Below the pieces are notes generated by a model. The model saw only the letters and a list, made by a program, of their open reading frames with translations, searched no databases and had not been told where the DNA came from. A stretch of DNA of 64,000 bases, from positions 480,001-544,000 of the forward strand of contig OY762209.1 of the NCBI GenBank assembly GCA_963665295.1, read 5' to 3'. The translations under genes were made by a program, and so were the position numbers. The stretch comes from Syntrophorhabdaceae bacterium (lineage in GTDB: Bacteria; Desulfobacterota; Syntrophorhabdia; Syntrophorhabdales; Syntrophorhabdaceae). Positions 1-9,900 of the stretch are shown here, in pieces; the stretch's first letter is position 1, and each line of letters opens with the position of its first letter.

Positions 1-473
1 ACGACAGCGCGGAACCGTAGATCGTTGAGCCTTTTGCTGCCAATGGTATCGATGAACGCTTCAATTTCTTCTTTATTGAGAAATATGACTTCGCGTCTGG
101 CGATCCGTGGAGGCCGAATCTGTTTTGGGTCCAGGGTCGGGAGCTTGAGGAAAATCCGGCAGTAGGTCAAGAAACTCTTGGTCGCGAAGACCACGCTGGC
201 TATCCGGGACTGACTCGCTCCTCTCTCGACCATGAGTCTTTTGAGGCGGACGAAGTCTTGAATTGATAGTTCAGTGATTGCCTTGTCGCCGATGTCCCTG
301 ATGAACCAACCGAGACACTCCCTATACTTCACAACTGTCTTAGGAGAGAGGTTGAGTTCGTATTGGGCGTACTCCAGAAAGCCGTCTATGAGGGTGCTCA
401 TCCCGGTGTCCGCAACACCTCCGGAAGTGCAGTAGAAACCAGGCGATTCCACGACACTTTGATTATTGTGCAT
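1..473 (-). CDS. Tyrosine recombinase/integrase (XerC/D-like), N-terminal part; truncated by window edge
   Basis: Manual translation from ATG at 473: MHNNQSVV...LIDGFLEYAQYELNLSPKTVVKYRECLGWF...KSFLTYC...EVIFLNKEEIEAFIDTI...LRFRAVV. This fits a SAM-like core-binding domain leading into the start of the catalytic domain. Confidence 0.8.
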   Translation of the reverse strand, partial: MHNNQSVVESPGFYCTSGGVADTGMSTLIDGFLEYAQYELNLSPKTVVKYRECLGWFIRDIGDKAITELSIQDFVRLKRLMVERGASQSRIASVVFATKSFLTYCRIFLKLPTLDPKQIRPPRIARREVIFLNKEEIEAFIDTIGSKRLNDLRFRAV

Positions 474-480
474 AAAAATG

Positions 481-700
481 AAAAAAACTCGCTAAAAAAT
501 TCCAACGAGTTCTCTTCTATCGCAAACTTTTGTGATTAGTCCAAAGTCTATGCGCACCCTTGTACAAGAGGTACGGCTACTGATTATTTGGCTCAGTTAA
601 GCCCTTGGCGTTCCCTCAATTTGCATTGAGGTTCGACCGCCAGACGATAATCAATGCTTCCCATCATGTCCTATGAGGGACATAATTGCTACTAAGAAAT
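481..700 (-). ncRNA. Candidate structured leader RNA with terminator-like hairpin upstream of the integrase
   Basis: Several stem-loops (CCTCAAT/ATTGAGG, TGGCG/CGCCA, GGCT/AGCC, TGATTAT/ATAATCA, ATGTCC/GGACAT). They end in AACTCGTT...AGCGAGTTTTTTT on the minus strand, just before the ATG. TTGACA lies at 714-719 (minus). Confidence 0.4.
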
Positions 701-891
701 ATTTCTAGATTATTGTCAAATTCTCCCTAGAAAGGAGGTGAATCGCGGCGTATTTTCTACGGGACTTTCGCAAAAAAAATGGATTGGAGAATGAACGGAA
801 TTTTTTCAGCGGATTGAATTAAGTTGTTAATATAATTCCATTGTAGAGCATAGTCAAAAAAATGTAAAGGGGGTGAAAATTAATTCAACAG

Positions 892-1743
892 TTACAGTTT
901 TTCCGAAATCTCTCGCTCCAGAATCGCTTTCATATTCTTGCTCATATTATTCACAAAACCAGGATTCGCAATGAGAGCTTCAAGGTCAAGCTGGATGCTC
1001 TTGCTATCAATGCGGGCGACCATATCAAGAAGTTTTTCTTTGAGTTCCTTCATGCTTTCAACATCTTCGATGCAGGAGAGGTTGGGCTGAATCCCCTTCT
1101 GGAGATACCACAAGAGATCGAAATAGTCCCTTCCCTTTACCTTTACCGTAGTGTTCCCCTGCTTGTCGGTCTTTTCCCACTTGCGCAAAAGGATGGCCCT
1201 CACTTTCGTTGCCATGAGGGTTGCCGGGTCGAGGGTCTTGATGAGAACGGAACGGTTATACTTGAAAATCGGACGGATGTCCGTCTTGTAACTCTCGCAG
1301 AAGTCGAACTGGGAATACACCTCAACCTTGAGGAAAAGATCGTCTGTCTCTTCTCTGGTTGAAAGGCCGAGATCACGGAGGATTGAAAATTTCAAATGGA
1401 CGCGGAACTTCTGGACAGCTGTCCTTACTGGCAGATCGGTGCGCATCAGAAAATACTCTTCCAGATCCTTGGCCAGTTTTGCGGGTTTGATCTTCTTCGA
1501 TTCGTCGATGAAGTCTAAATCCTCGGAAAGACGCTGGAGGTCGAAGCAGTGCGCGAGGGCAGATCCTCCGTAAAACAGGAGCTGACTGTAAACAGGGTGA
1601 GAGTAAATGAAATCGAGGACCACTATCTGAAGGTATTCCTTGAGAAGGTTCCGTTTGAACAGATTATTCCGGGACGGCGACTCGCTTATAATATTTGCGA
1701 GTATCGGCTTGATGGTTTCCATAATGGTGGTTATTTTAGCCAA
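892..1743 (-). CDS. abiEii: AbiEii-family nucleotidyltransferase toxin (type IV TA)
   Basis: Motifs LLFYGGSAL, RLSEDLDF and KGRDYFDL; overlaps the upstream antitoxin gene. Confidence 0.9.
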   Translation of the reverse strand: MAKITTIMETIKPILANIISESPSRNNLFKRNLLKEYLQIVVLDFIYSHPVYSQLLFYGGSALAHCFDLQRLSEDLDFIDESKKIKPAKLAKDLEEYFLMRTDLPVRTAVQKFRVHLKFSILRDLGLSTREETDDLFLKVEVYSQFDFCESYKTDIRPIFKYNRSVLIKTLDPATLMATKVRAILLRKWEKTDKQGNTTVKVKGRDYFDLLWYLQKGIQPNLSCIEDVESMKELKEKLLDMVARIDSKSIQLDLEALIANPGFVNNMSKNMKAILEREISEKL

Positions 1744-2372
1744 TTAAAAATCTCCTTCATCCGTGGCGACCCTTCTTTCTCGACATAGGTTTCAAGTTCC
1801 TTGAAATCGTCTTTTGTGAACTCGTCAAGGTTCAGTCTCAATTCCTCCATCGCCAGCTTGTCTATAAGCAGCCTTTTCCTGAAATAGAGGAAGTCGAAGA
1901 GCGCTTTGGCCTTCGTTGCTTTGAGGATTGAGAAGTTCCCCTTTTTTACTACATTGAACCCGGTGAAGAGTTTTTCCTTGATCTTATGATAGATGAAGGT
2001 TCCCAATTCATTTGAAAAGGAGTCCGTTTTCCGGAGTCCCACGGACGTCATACTCCTCGGAATCTCCGTGAGCATGTTGTGTTCGTGGAGCACGTAATCG
2101 AGACTCAGATACGAGGGAGAATAGAGCTTGTTAGCGATGAACTCGACATACTCCGAGTACGTGCCCTTCTTCTCGGCGTTGTCGAGGTAAGCTTTGGTAA
2201 CGTACAAGTTCTTTCTTAGGTGGAGCATGGTTCCCCGTTTCGCGTAGCGGGACAAAATAATGTTGAGGTAGGTTCGTTTCTCTCCTATGGGAGCGAGGTC
2301 GCCCGCGCCAAAAAACGGCAGGGTTCCGGCCAGCTTGAGTATCTTCTTGGTCCTTATCTCGTCGTTTCTCAT
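1731..2372 (-). CDS. abiEi: AbiEi-family antitoxin / transcriptional regulator
   Basis: N-terminal wHTH (LSRYAKRGTMLHLRKNLY), PSYLSLDYVLHEHNMLTE and KALFDFLY motifs; directly upstream of abiEii. Confidence 0.85.
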   Translation of the reverse strand: MRNDEIRTKKILKLAGTLPFFGAGDLAPIGEKRTYLNIILSRYAKRGTMLHLRKNLYVTKAYLDNAEKKGTYSEYVEFIANKLYSPSYLSLDYVLHEHNMLTEIPRSMTSVGLRKTDSFSNELGTFIYHKIKEKLFTGFNVVKKGNFSILKATKAKALFDFLYFRKRLLIDKLAMEELRLNLDEFTKDDFKELETYVEKEGSPRMKEIFNWLK

Positions 2373-2383
2373 AATATACTTTC

Positions 2384-2412
2384 ATTGTATATTTAGAGAA
2401 ATCTATTGTCAA
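2384..2412 (-). promoter_or_regulatory. Sigma70-type promoter for abiEi-abiEii
   Basis: TTGACA (2407-2412), 17 bp spacer, TACAAT (2384-2389) on the minus strand, 11 bp before the ATG. Confidence 0.75.
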
Positions 2413-2416
2413 GTGA

Positions 2417-2464
2417 GCTGGAATCGAATATAGTTGGCTATATTCGATTATATTCGATTCCAGC
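2417..2464. promoter_or_regulatory. Inverted repeat (operator or terminator) between res and abiEi
   Basis: GCTGGAATCGAATATA ... TATATTCGATTCCAGC, with an extra internal copy of TATATTCGATT. Confidence 0.6.
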
Positions 2465-2471
2465 GGCTTCT

Positions 2472-5150
2472 TCACAAGTCAGTTATTTCGAACCTTCGGG
2501 CCAAAGCCTCAAAGCTCATATTTACAAAGACGCTGTTATGAGGTATCAGTACGTACTTCCAGGGCTTGCCACCGTTGGCAGTGGTAAACTTCGTGGCATT
2601 TTTGCAGTAGAGTAAAGCTGCCGCTGTTTTCTCCTGGACTTCGGCGGTTTCTATATCGCCTTCCTTCTTAGTCTCTATCATATGGATAGCGATATCCGTC
2701 TGCACTACAAAATCGGGGTTATACTGTTTCGTATTGTGGTTCCAGTATATCCTGAATTGCTTTTGCGCGGGTCTCAACCATTTCAGAACATCTTTATCCT
2801 GCTCAAGAACGATGGTGAAATCCTTCTCGGTCTTCGAGTCGAACTTGTACAGATTGTGACACGCTTTCCGGAAGCCGGAGAACACCTTGCTCGGGATAGT
2901 GCTGGTCGGGGTTATGGTGTCCGTATAATGATGAATCACATCCTTTGTGTACTTCGAGAAGTTGTGCTCTTCGATTCTTGAAAAGGGCTTTACAACCGGT
3001 TTCTCGAACACCGGTGCCTCACAAAAGAAGTGTTCCATCATCTGAGAATAAATGTATCGGCCGATCTCCTTCTTGTGGAACTGGACAACGTTCGTCACTC
3101 CATCATCGGAAAGATAAGTGCTGAATTTTGCAGTCGCCTCCGTTGCAAGTTTAAAGAGAAGCTCGGACTGGGCGTCATAATCTATTTCAGAAAAGTTCAT
3201 GAGTTCGTTCACAATGATATTTTCCATGGAATCGAGAACTATCCTGCCCTTTCCAATTACAATATCGATGCCGTTTTCCTGCTCTCTAAGTTTCTTCACG
3301 AGGATTTCTTCTGAAACGGGCTGGAAGTTGAGATTTCTCGTGTCAAGGTCGAACGCATGGAAACCGGATTTTATCTCATTCCTCTGAAGGATCATGATTC
3401 TTGGAATCTCTATGATGTTGTCGCTGAAGTCCTGCACCACCGCTTCATATGCCTGCTCCGCCTCCCTAACCATATCTGCGGCAAAGAGATACGGTTGAGG
3501 AGCGTACATAATCTTCTCCTTTATCTTCTCAAGAACAATCTCCTTGATTTCCTCCCGTTTAAGCTCCGCAATTTGAGTGACTTCAGTACTCATTTCGGGA
3601 AGAGCGGAAAGTATCACCTTCCGCACGTCAAGGTTCACCTGAGCCATCTGTTTGGCTTCGGGCTCCGTGATTGCGTCAATTCTCTTCTGTTCTTCTTCCA
3701 CCCTTTGGTCAAGAACTGATGTCGAGGTCATAACCTCTTTAGGTCGACCAAGGTCCTCTGCATCTATGGTGATGATGTTTTCTTTCCTGATGATCGAATC
3801 AGGTTTGTTGGCTTCGTCTACGATCTCTTGGAACCTGTCGTGGGCAACGATGGTAAGTTTATCCACTTTGTCATCGCCGGTCCTCTTGCCGTAGGGCAAA
3901 CGTAATCCTCTGCCGATGGTCTGCTCCCGGAGCGTCGTGGATGCTGCGGTTCTCAAGGGTATGATGGTATAGAGGTTCGTCACGTCCCATCCTTCTTTGA
4001 GCATGTTGACGTGAATGACGATTTCGATCTTGTTTAGGGGGTTCTCAAGGGAAACGAGTCTCTCGATGTTGTCATCCTTTTCGCTGCCTGTCTGGTTGGA
4101 ATGGATTTCCATGACCTTGTCGGCATAGTACCCGTCGAAAAACCCCTTCGAGGCTATCATCTCCTTAAGCTTACCTGCGTGGTCGGTGCTTTGGGAGACC
4201 ACCAGGACGAAAGGTTTTACGGGACTCGCTTTCATGTCTCTGGCAAAGATATCAAGGGCGACCTTCGTGTCCTCATGGAGGCGAATGCCGTCTTCGAGTT
4301 TGATTCTGTCGAGGTCTTCCGGGGTATAGTGAGATGGGTCAAAATCTTTTCTCGTTGCCACGGCCGGTTCCTTCACAAAACCATCTCGGATTGCCCTGGC
4401 TAAAGAATATTCGTAGACTACGTTCCTAAACTTAATAGCGCCGCCGCTTCTCTCCACCTGCGGGGTTGCAGTCAGTTCCAAGCCGACCACAGGGTTCAGT
4501 TCGTTGATTACCTCCATGCCCCTGTCTGCGCGGTAATGGTGCGACTCATCCATGAGCACCACGAGATCGTCAAGGTTGGTAAGGTAGTTGAAATAGGAAT
4601 CCCCGAGGTATTCGACGAGTCTTTTAATTCGTGCAGGCTTGCCTCCCCGTGTCTCCGCGTTGATCTTGCCGATATTGAAGATGTTGACATGGATTTCATA
4701 TTTGAAGAGTTCCCCCTGTCGGACCTCTTCGTAATTGTCGCCGGTAATGATCCTCGGTCGACGGTGGACAAATTCCCCGATGCCCTGGAACACATACTTG
4801 GGGCTTCCCATGTTGGAGAAATCCTCGATGAGCTTGTTATAGACGGTGAGATTAGGCGCCAGGACGAAAAAGTTTCTGATGTTCTTCGCGAGGTAGAGGT
4901 AAGCAATGAAGGCCCCCATGAGCCGGGTCTTTCCTACTCCCGTTGCAAGGGCAAAGCATAAAGAAGGGAAGGTTCTCTCGAAATCGGAACAGGTCGGATA
5001 AAGGCCCTTCACCTTTTCCAACTCAACCTCAAGGTTTGCATTCTTTTGAAGGGCAAGTTTGTCGGCAAGGTCTGCGAGGATTGCGAGGCTGTCTTCCTGG
5101 GGAGGTCTCAGGCTTAGTCTGTTTCTGATAGAGTTGGCGATCCGGTTCAT
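2472..5150 (-). CDS. res: Type III restriction endonuclease Res subunit (SF2 helicase + PD-(D/E)xK nuclease)
   Basis: ATGVGKT Walker A, DESHH, LTATP, MLKEGWDV, EQTIGRGLRLP, and C-terminal YNPDFVV...IETK. Confidence 0.92.
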   Translation of the reverse strand: MNRIANSIRNRLSLRPPQEDSLAILADLADKLALQKNANLEVELEKVKGLYPTCSDFERTFPSLCFALATGVGKTRLMGAFIAYLYLAKNIRNFFVLAPNLTVYNKLIEDFSNMGSPKYVFQGIGEFVHRRPRIITGDNYEEVRQGELFKYEIHVNIFNIGKINAETRGGKPARIKRLVEYLGDSYFNYLTNLDDLVVLMDESHHYRADRGMEVINELNPVVGLELTATPQVERSGGAIKFRNVVYEYSLARAIRDGFVKEPAVATRKDFDPSHYTPEDLDRIKLEDGIRLHEDTKVALDIFARDMKASPVKPFVLVVSQSTDHAGKLKEMIASKGFFDGYYADKVMEIHSNQTGSEKDDNIERLVSLENPLNKIEIVIHVNMLKEGWDVTNLYTIIPLRTAASTTLREQTIGRGLRLPYGKRTGDDKVDKLTIVAHDRFQEIVDEANKPDSIIRKENIITIDAEDLGRPKEVMTSTSVLDQRVEEEQKRIDAITEPEAKQMAQVNLDVRKVILSALPEMSTEVTQIAELKREEIKEIVLEKIKEKIMYAPQPYLFAADMVREAEQAYEAVVQDFSDNIIEIPRIMILQRNEIKSGFHAFDLDTRNLNFQPVSEEILVKKLREQENGIDIVIGKGRIVLDSMENIIVNELMNFSEIDYDAQSELLFKLATEATAKFSTYLSDDGVTNVVQFHKKEIGRYIYSQMMEHFFCEAPVFEKPVVKPFSRIEEHNFSKYTKDVIHHYTDTITPTSTIPSKVFSGFRKACHNLYKFDSKTEKDFTIVLEQDKDVLKWLRPAQKQFRIYWNHNTKQYNPDFVVQTDIAIHMIETKKEGDIETAEVQEKTAAALLYCKNATKFTTANGGKPWKYVLIPHNSVFVNMSFEALARRFEITDL

Positions 5151-6842
5151 CTATTCGCCCTCCGTATCAAAAAGGCCCGGTTGGTTCTTGTTTGATTTCC
5201 TTGGCGTTTTCCGGGTGGGTGGACTTGAGGAAGGGAGATCATCCGATTCATTATCTGGGGCAGGAGGTATATCCGCAATATTCAAGCTGTAATCCTCTTT
5301 TCCGAACTCGCATCGCCCCAAGAGCATATTAGGAATCTTCTTTACGGTAATGTTTGCATACCTGTCAGCGCAGGCTTCCTGAAAAGATTTGCAGCAGATA
5401 AGAAGGCTTTCATCGGTCGCCATCTCTTCGTGGATAGCGTCAAGGTATTGGATGGTAACGAAATTGGTGGTAGTGAAGATATAGTCCTTTTCAGTCGATC
5501 TTCCTTGCTTCCAATAAAAGGTGTCGTCAGGATTGTAGATAAAGCCTTCATGTTTGGCCATTGCTGAGGCAAGCATCGTCGCATTGTATTCGCCGCTGAT
5601 AACCCAGTTATCCCATTTGTCCTTTTCAAGAAGAGAGGGGGCAAGACGGAAATACCGGAAGCCTCCTCCGCCTTTCCAGTCCATTGCGTTCGTGATACCT
5701 CCGGGATCATCTCCGTCGATGACTTTCTTCATACGAGAAATGATGTGCGTGTGGCAATGCTCGCCCAACTCCACCATGATCCATCTGCGACCCATCTTGT
5801 GTGCCACCGCACCCGTTGTACCCGAACCGGCGAAGGAGTCGAGGATGATATCGCCGGGGTTGGACGCTAGCCCGACAATTCGCTTGATTAGCCTCTCCGG
5901 TTTCGGAGTCGAAAACACTTCTAACCCTTCGTTCGCCAGCGCCTTGCTCTCCCTCCGCGCTTCATCATTGTGACCAGCCTCTTTATAATCCCACCACGTC
6001 GTTGAAGGTACACTTTCCGAGACCTCCGAAAGAAACCTTTTGAGCCGTGGAACGTTGTTTCCTCTCTGACCAAACCATATCCTATTATCTTCAATCAATT
6101 CCGATATTCTGTCCTTTGTGAATCGCCAACTTGTTCCCTGAGGAGGCCAATGCTCTTTGCCCGTGGCGCTGCGAATTGGAAAAATAGCGTACTCCCGTGC
6201 CTCATTTCGTTGAAGTGGACCTGACGTCCACGGCCCACGAGGATCACTATCGGGATTTGCATATCTGGCATCCTGCTCGGCAGTCCGAGAAAGACGGTTA
6301 AGTTTCGCTTTAGCCCGATCTTTGGCAAAGACCAGTATATATTCATGCGAGTCTGAGAAGAACTCCGAGTCACTCTTCACAGCATACTTCTTTTGCCAGA
6401 CAATTTGAGCGATAAAATTCTTCCTGCCGAAAGCCTCATCCAGCAAGATTCGGAGATGAGCCTGTTCGTTGTCATCTATCTGGGCAAAAAGGACCCCGTC
6501 CTCACGAAGCAAAACCTTGAGCAAATCCAGCCTGTCTCTCATTAGAGAAAGCCAAAGGGAATGCTCTATGCCATCGTCATAGTGGTCGAATGCGCTTCCC
6601 GTATTGTAGGGCGGATCGATGTAAATGCATTTGATCTTTCCCGCAAACTCCTGCTCCAATGCCTTCAATGCCAGCAAATTATCTCCAAAGATCAACCGGT
6701 TGTCGAGGATGTCGTTCTCGCTCACGCGGTGAGGCGCGTGGTAGGACTTTTCAGGGTCCTCCAGTAGAATCCGGGGCTCCAGTTGAGGTCGGTTCTCTTT
6801 TCCTATCCACGTAAGCTCCAGTCTTTGTTTCTTATCCACCAT
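5151..6842 (-). CDS. mod: Type III RM adenine methyltransferase (Mod)
   Basis: IYIDPPY catalytic motif, FSTPKPERL, DSFAGSGTT SAM-binding motif; abuts res. Confidence 0.93.
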   Translation of the reverse strand: MVDKKQRLELTWIGKENRPQLEPRILLEDPEKSYHAPHRVSENDILDNRLIFGDNLLALKALEQEFAGKIKCIYIDPPYNTGSAFDHYDDGIEHSLWLSLMRDRLDLLKVLLREDGVLFAQIDDNEQAHLRILLDEAFGRKNFIAQIVWQKKYAVKSDSEFFSDSHEYILVFAKDRAKAKLNRLSRTAEQDARYANPDSDPRGPWTSGPLQRNEAREYAIFPIRSATGKEHWPPQGTSWRFTKDRISELIEDNRIWFGQRGNNVPRLKRFLSEVSESVPSTTWWDYKEAGHNDEARRESKALANEGLEVFSTPKPERLIKRIVGLASNPGDIILDSFAGSGTTGAVAHKMGRRWIMVELGEHCHTHIISRMKKVIDGDDPGGITNAMDWKGGGGFRYFRLAPSLLEKDKWDNWVISGEYNATMLASAMAKHEGFIYNPDDTFYWKQGRSTEKDYIFTTTNFVTIQYLDAIHEEMATDESLLICCKSFQEACADRYANITVKKIPNMLLGRCEFGKEDYSLNIADIPPAPDNESDDLPSSSPPTRKTPRKSNKNQPGLFDTEGE

Positions 6843-6904
6843 TTAAGCTTTAGGCCCTCGCTATGTCCTATCTGATATTCTTTAGATAAAGAAAATAAAA
6901 GAAC

Positions 6905-9787
6905 TCAAGTTATTTTCCATCTTATCAGGAAAAGTTCATTCCTTTCAACCGTTTGTTGCAAGCGGGCTTCGATTTCCTCGATGAGCCTTTCTTTTTTCGT
7001 ATCCACTTCGTCCTGGGCCTGATAGAGGTTCATCCGGAGGGTATTCCTCTTTTTCTCAAGCTCCTTAATGAACCGTTGGGCTTCGACCTTATCTGCGAGG
7101 CCAAGAATCTTCTTAGCCTCTGTTTTCCGGAACTTAATCTCCTTGTCCAGTTCCTTGAGTTCTATTTCAAGACTGTTCTTTACGTCTTCCGCCCAATTAT
7201 CGAGTTTCCCCATCTCAGTATCGAAAAATCCTGCGTTGCGCTCGCTTATAGTTTGAAGCACCTCCACTTCTAATCCGTGCGCCATTTCCTTGATCCGTTT
7301 ATCGATTCCATTCTCCTTCGGAGAGCCGCACGCATTTACCGTGGCGGGTAGGGAAAAGAGCCTCTGACATATATCGACATCAAGTTCCATTCCGTCGTCG
7401 CATATGCCACAGAAGAGCATCTCATCCTCCGCTTCGAAGGAATTGACGGTGAGGTTGATAATGGAGAGCCATCCTGTCCTGCCTACGAGGGGCTCCAGAA
7501 CGGATATCTTCTTTGGAGTTGTCGAGTAATGGAACGTCAGTTCCTGGTGAGGCAGGGAAAGGTCTTTGCACTTCGTTACGATCCGCTGGGCAAGGGGATG
7601 ACCGACTCTGTAAATATTCGCATCTTCGATGTTTTTGCCGATCCTGTAAGGTCCCGAATGAATTTTTTCGTGGGGAAAAGGGTTCTCCCGGAGCATGAAG
7701 GAATGGTCTTCAGACGAGAAGTCCGCGTAAGGGGCAAGGTAATATCGCGTAAGTTCCCAGAGCCAGTATTCATAACGTGAGAGATAGTCCTTGCTTTCCC
7801 GGAGGTTCACCCTGAGTTTTTCATGGACTTCTTCATCGAAGTTCTCCAGAAGAGACTGCCTAGTGATATTCATCGTTTCGTCAATTTCAGTCTCCATTTC
7901 CCGCTGGAGTTCGTCAAATGCATTCTGTATCTCCTCTTCTGACCGGCAGTTCTGATAGATAAGGGCGATGCGTCTCTCGAAGTCTATCCCTGATTCAATA
8001 GTTCCGAGCACTTCGTCGCTCGCCCCGAAGACTCCTTCGAAGAGCTTGAACTTCTCGGAAAGAAGTTGATACACCCTCTGATCGGCAGCGTTCTTTTTGT
8101 TGAGGAAGTTCACTACCACCACGTCGTGCTTCTGGCCGTATCGGTGGCATCGGCCTATTCTCTGCTCTATCCTCTGAGGGTTCCAGGGAAGATCATAATT
8201 CACCACAAGAGAGCAGAACTGGAGGTTAATCCCCTCTGCTCCCGCTTCCGTAGCGATCATTATCTCCGCTTCGTCCGTGAAGTAGTCAACTAGGGCCGCC
8301 CTCATATCGGCGGTTTTCGATCCGGTGATCCTGTCAGTCCCTGCGTGTCTCTCCAGCCACCGCTTGTATATTTGACGAGATTCCGAGTCATTGTTGGAAC
8401 CGTTGAAAAGGACGATCTTGCCTTTGTATTCCGTGTTGTCGAGAATTCGTTTGAGGTACTCCTGGGTCCTCGTGGATTCGGTAAAGATTACCGCCTTTCT
8501 GCTGGCCCCTTTTTCCTCCGCCTGAGCGAATCCCCGGTTGAGGGCGGTGAGAAGGACTTCCCCTTTCGAGTTTTTCTGAATCGACTTGGCCAGGGCATGA
8601 AACTCCGTGAGAGAGCGCATTTCCTCTCTTATTGCTTTCAGATCTTCCGGGGTGTATTCGCGTTTTTCTTGTTCTTTGGGGGTCTCTCCCTCCTCTTCCT
8701 CGGTCCATTCATCTTTCACCTCTTCCACTGTTTCAAACTGCTGGACGATAGAATCCTCTAGGGAAGGTGTTTCGTGCCCTCTCGCTATGGTCTCCAACCT
8801 CTTTGAAAGAGCTTCGAGCGTTGCGGAGATTGCATAGGTTGAGGACGCGAGAAGCTTTCTCAAGATGAGCGTCATCAACTGTCTCTGACTTGCCGGTAAA
8901 GCATAGAGGTTGGGCCTTTGCAAATATTCGGAGACAAAGTTATATAACCGTTGCTCATTCTCACTGGGATGGAATTCCTGCGTGATCGGTATCCGGTTTG
9001 TGTACTTGATGTATTCGAGGACCTGTCTTCTCAGCGTTCTCTGGCAGATGGGCTTGAGCCGCGACTTGAGATCATCGAAATTGTCTTCGCCGGTGAGTCT
9101 GGAATACTGGTTCTTAAAGCTCTTGAGATCACCGAAGGCATAATCATCGATGACGCTCACGAGGCCATACAGCTCAAGAAGTGAGTTCTGAAGAGGCGTA
9201 GCAGTAAGGAGCACCTTAGGCGCATGGGCAACTGCGGCCTTTATGGTATTGGCGATCCTGTTCGTGGGCTTATATACATTCCTCAGATGGTGCGCCTCGT
9301 CAATAACGATGAGGTCCCAATTAACTTGCTTGATGTACGCATCTTTGCTTCGGGTGAAATGATAAGAACAGATAACGATGTCGCGCTGATCGAAAGGGTT
9401 GAGGTTTCCTTTCTTTATTTCCTGATTGAAGGACTTTGTCTCAAGAATAAGGGACGGGAGGAAGAACTTGTCGGCCAGCTCCTGGTTCCACTGCTTGCGA
9501 AGGCTTGAGGGCACAATAATGAGAAGCCTTCTCTTTCTCTCGGCCCACTTCTGAGAAAGGAGGATGCCGGCTTCAATGGTTTTCCCCAGGCCCACTTCAT
9601 CCGCGAGGATTGCGCCCTTCGAGAGCGGAGAACGAAATGCGAAAAGTGCAGCCTCCACCTGATGAGGATTAAGATCAACCTGAGCATCAGATAGAGAAGC
9701 CGCCAGCTTCTGAATGCTGTTGGACGAACAGCGCTTCGTCAGTTCATAGGCGTAATACTTCGCGTGATAAGGAGTTATCTGCATCAA
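6905..9787 (-). CDS. SNF2-family helicase associated with the type III RM locus
   Basis: LADEVGLGKT, DEAHH, LTATPLQN, TEAGAEGINLQ, YDLPWNPQRIEQRIGRCHR; C-terminal coiled coil. Confidence 0.9.
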   Translation of the reverse strand: MMQITPYHAKYYAYELTKRCSSNSIQKLAASLSDAQVDLNPHQVEAALFAFRSPLSKGAILADEVGLGKTIEAGILLSQKWAERKRRLLIIVPSSLRKQWNQELADKFFLPSLILETKSFNQEIKKGNLNPFDQRDIVICSYHFTRSKDAYIKQVNWDLIVIDEAHHLRNVYKPTNRIANTIKAAVAHAPKVLLTATPLQNSLLELYGLVSVIDDYAFGDLKSFKNQYSRLTGEDNFDDLKSRLKPICQRTLRRQVLEYIKYTNRIPITQEFHPSENEQRLYNFVSEYLQRPNLYALPASQRQLMTLILRKLLASSTYAISATLEALSKRLETIARGHETPSLEDSIVQQFETVEEVKDEWTEEEEGETPKEQEKREYTPEDLKAIREEMRSLTEFHALAKSIQKNSKGEVLLTALNRGFAQAEEKGASRKAVIFTESTRTQEYLKRILDNTEYKGKIVLFNGSNNDSESRQIYKRWLERHAGTDRITGSKTADMRAALVDYFTDEAEIMIATEAGAEGINLQFCSLVVNYDLPWNPQRIEQRIGRCHRYGQKHDVVVVNFLNKKNAADQRVYQLLSEKFKLFEGVFGASDEVLGTIESGIDFERRIALIYQNCRSEEEIQNAFDELQREMETEIDETMNITRQSLLENFDEEVHEKLRVNLRESKDYLSRYEYWLWELTRYYLAPYADFSSEDHSFMLRENPFPHEKIHSGPYRIGKNIEDANIYRVGHPLAQRIVTKCKDLSLPHQELTFHYSTTPKKISVLEPLVGRTGWLSIINLTVNSFEAEDEMLFCGICDDGMELDVDICQRLFSLPATVNACGSPKENGIDKRIKEMAHGLEVEVLQTISERNAGFFDTEMGKLDNWAEDVKNSLEIELKELDKEIKFRKTEAKKILGLADKVEAQRFIKELEKKRNTLRMNLYQAQDEVDTKKERLIEEIEARLQQTVERNELFLIRWKIT

Positions 9788-9900
9788 ACCGATTATACCA
9801 ATATATCACTATGTTATTGCAAGAAATAAAAGAGGGGCTTCGGGGGATTGTACTTTCTTTCCGCAATCGAAGAAACTCATGCGGACACAATAGAAGGAAA

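Noticed and set aside
6905..9787. DISARM or BREX system
   Set aside because: Only an SNF2 helicase beside mod-res; no DrmA/B/C or PglZ/BrxC-like genes.
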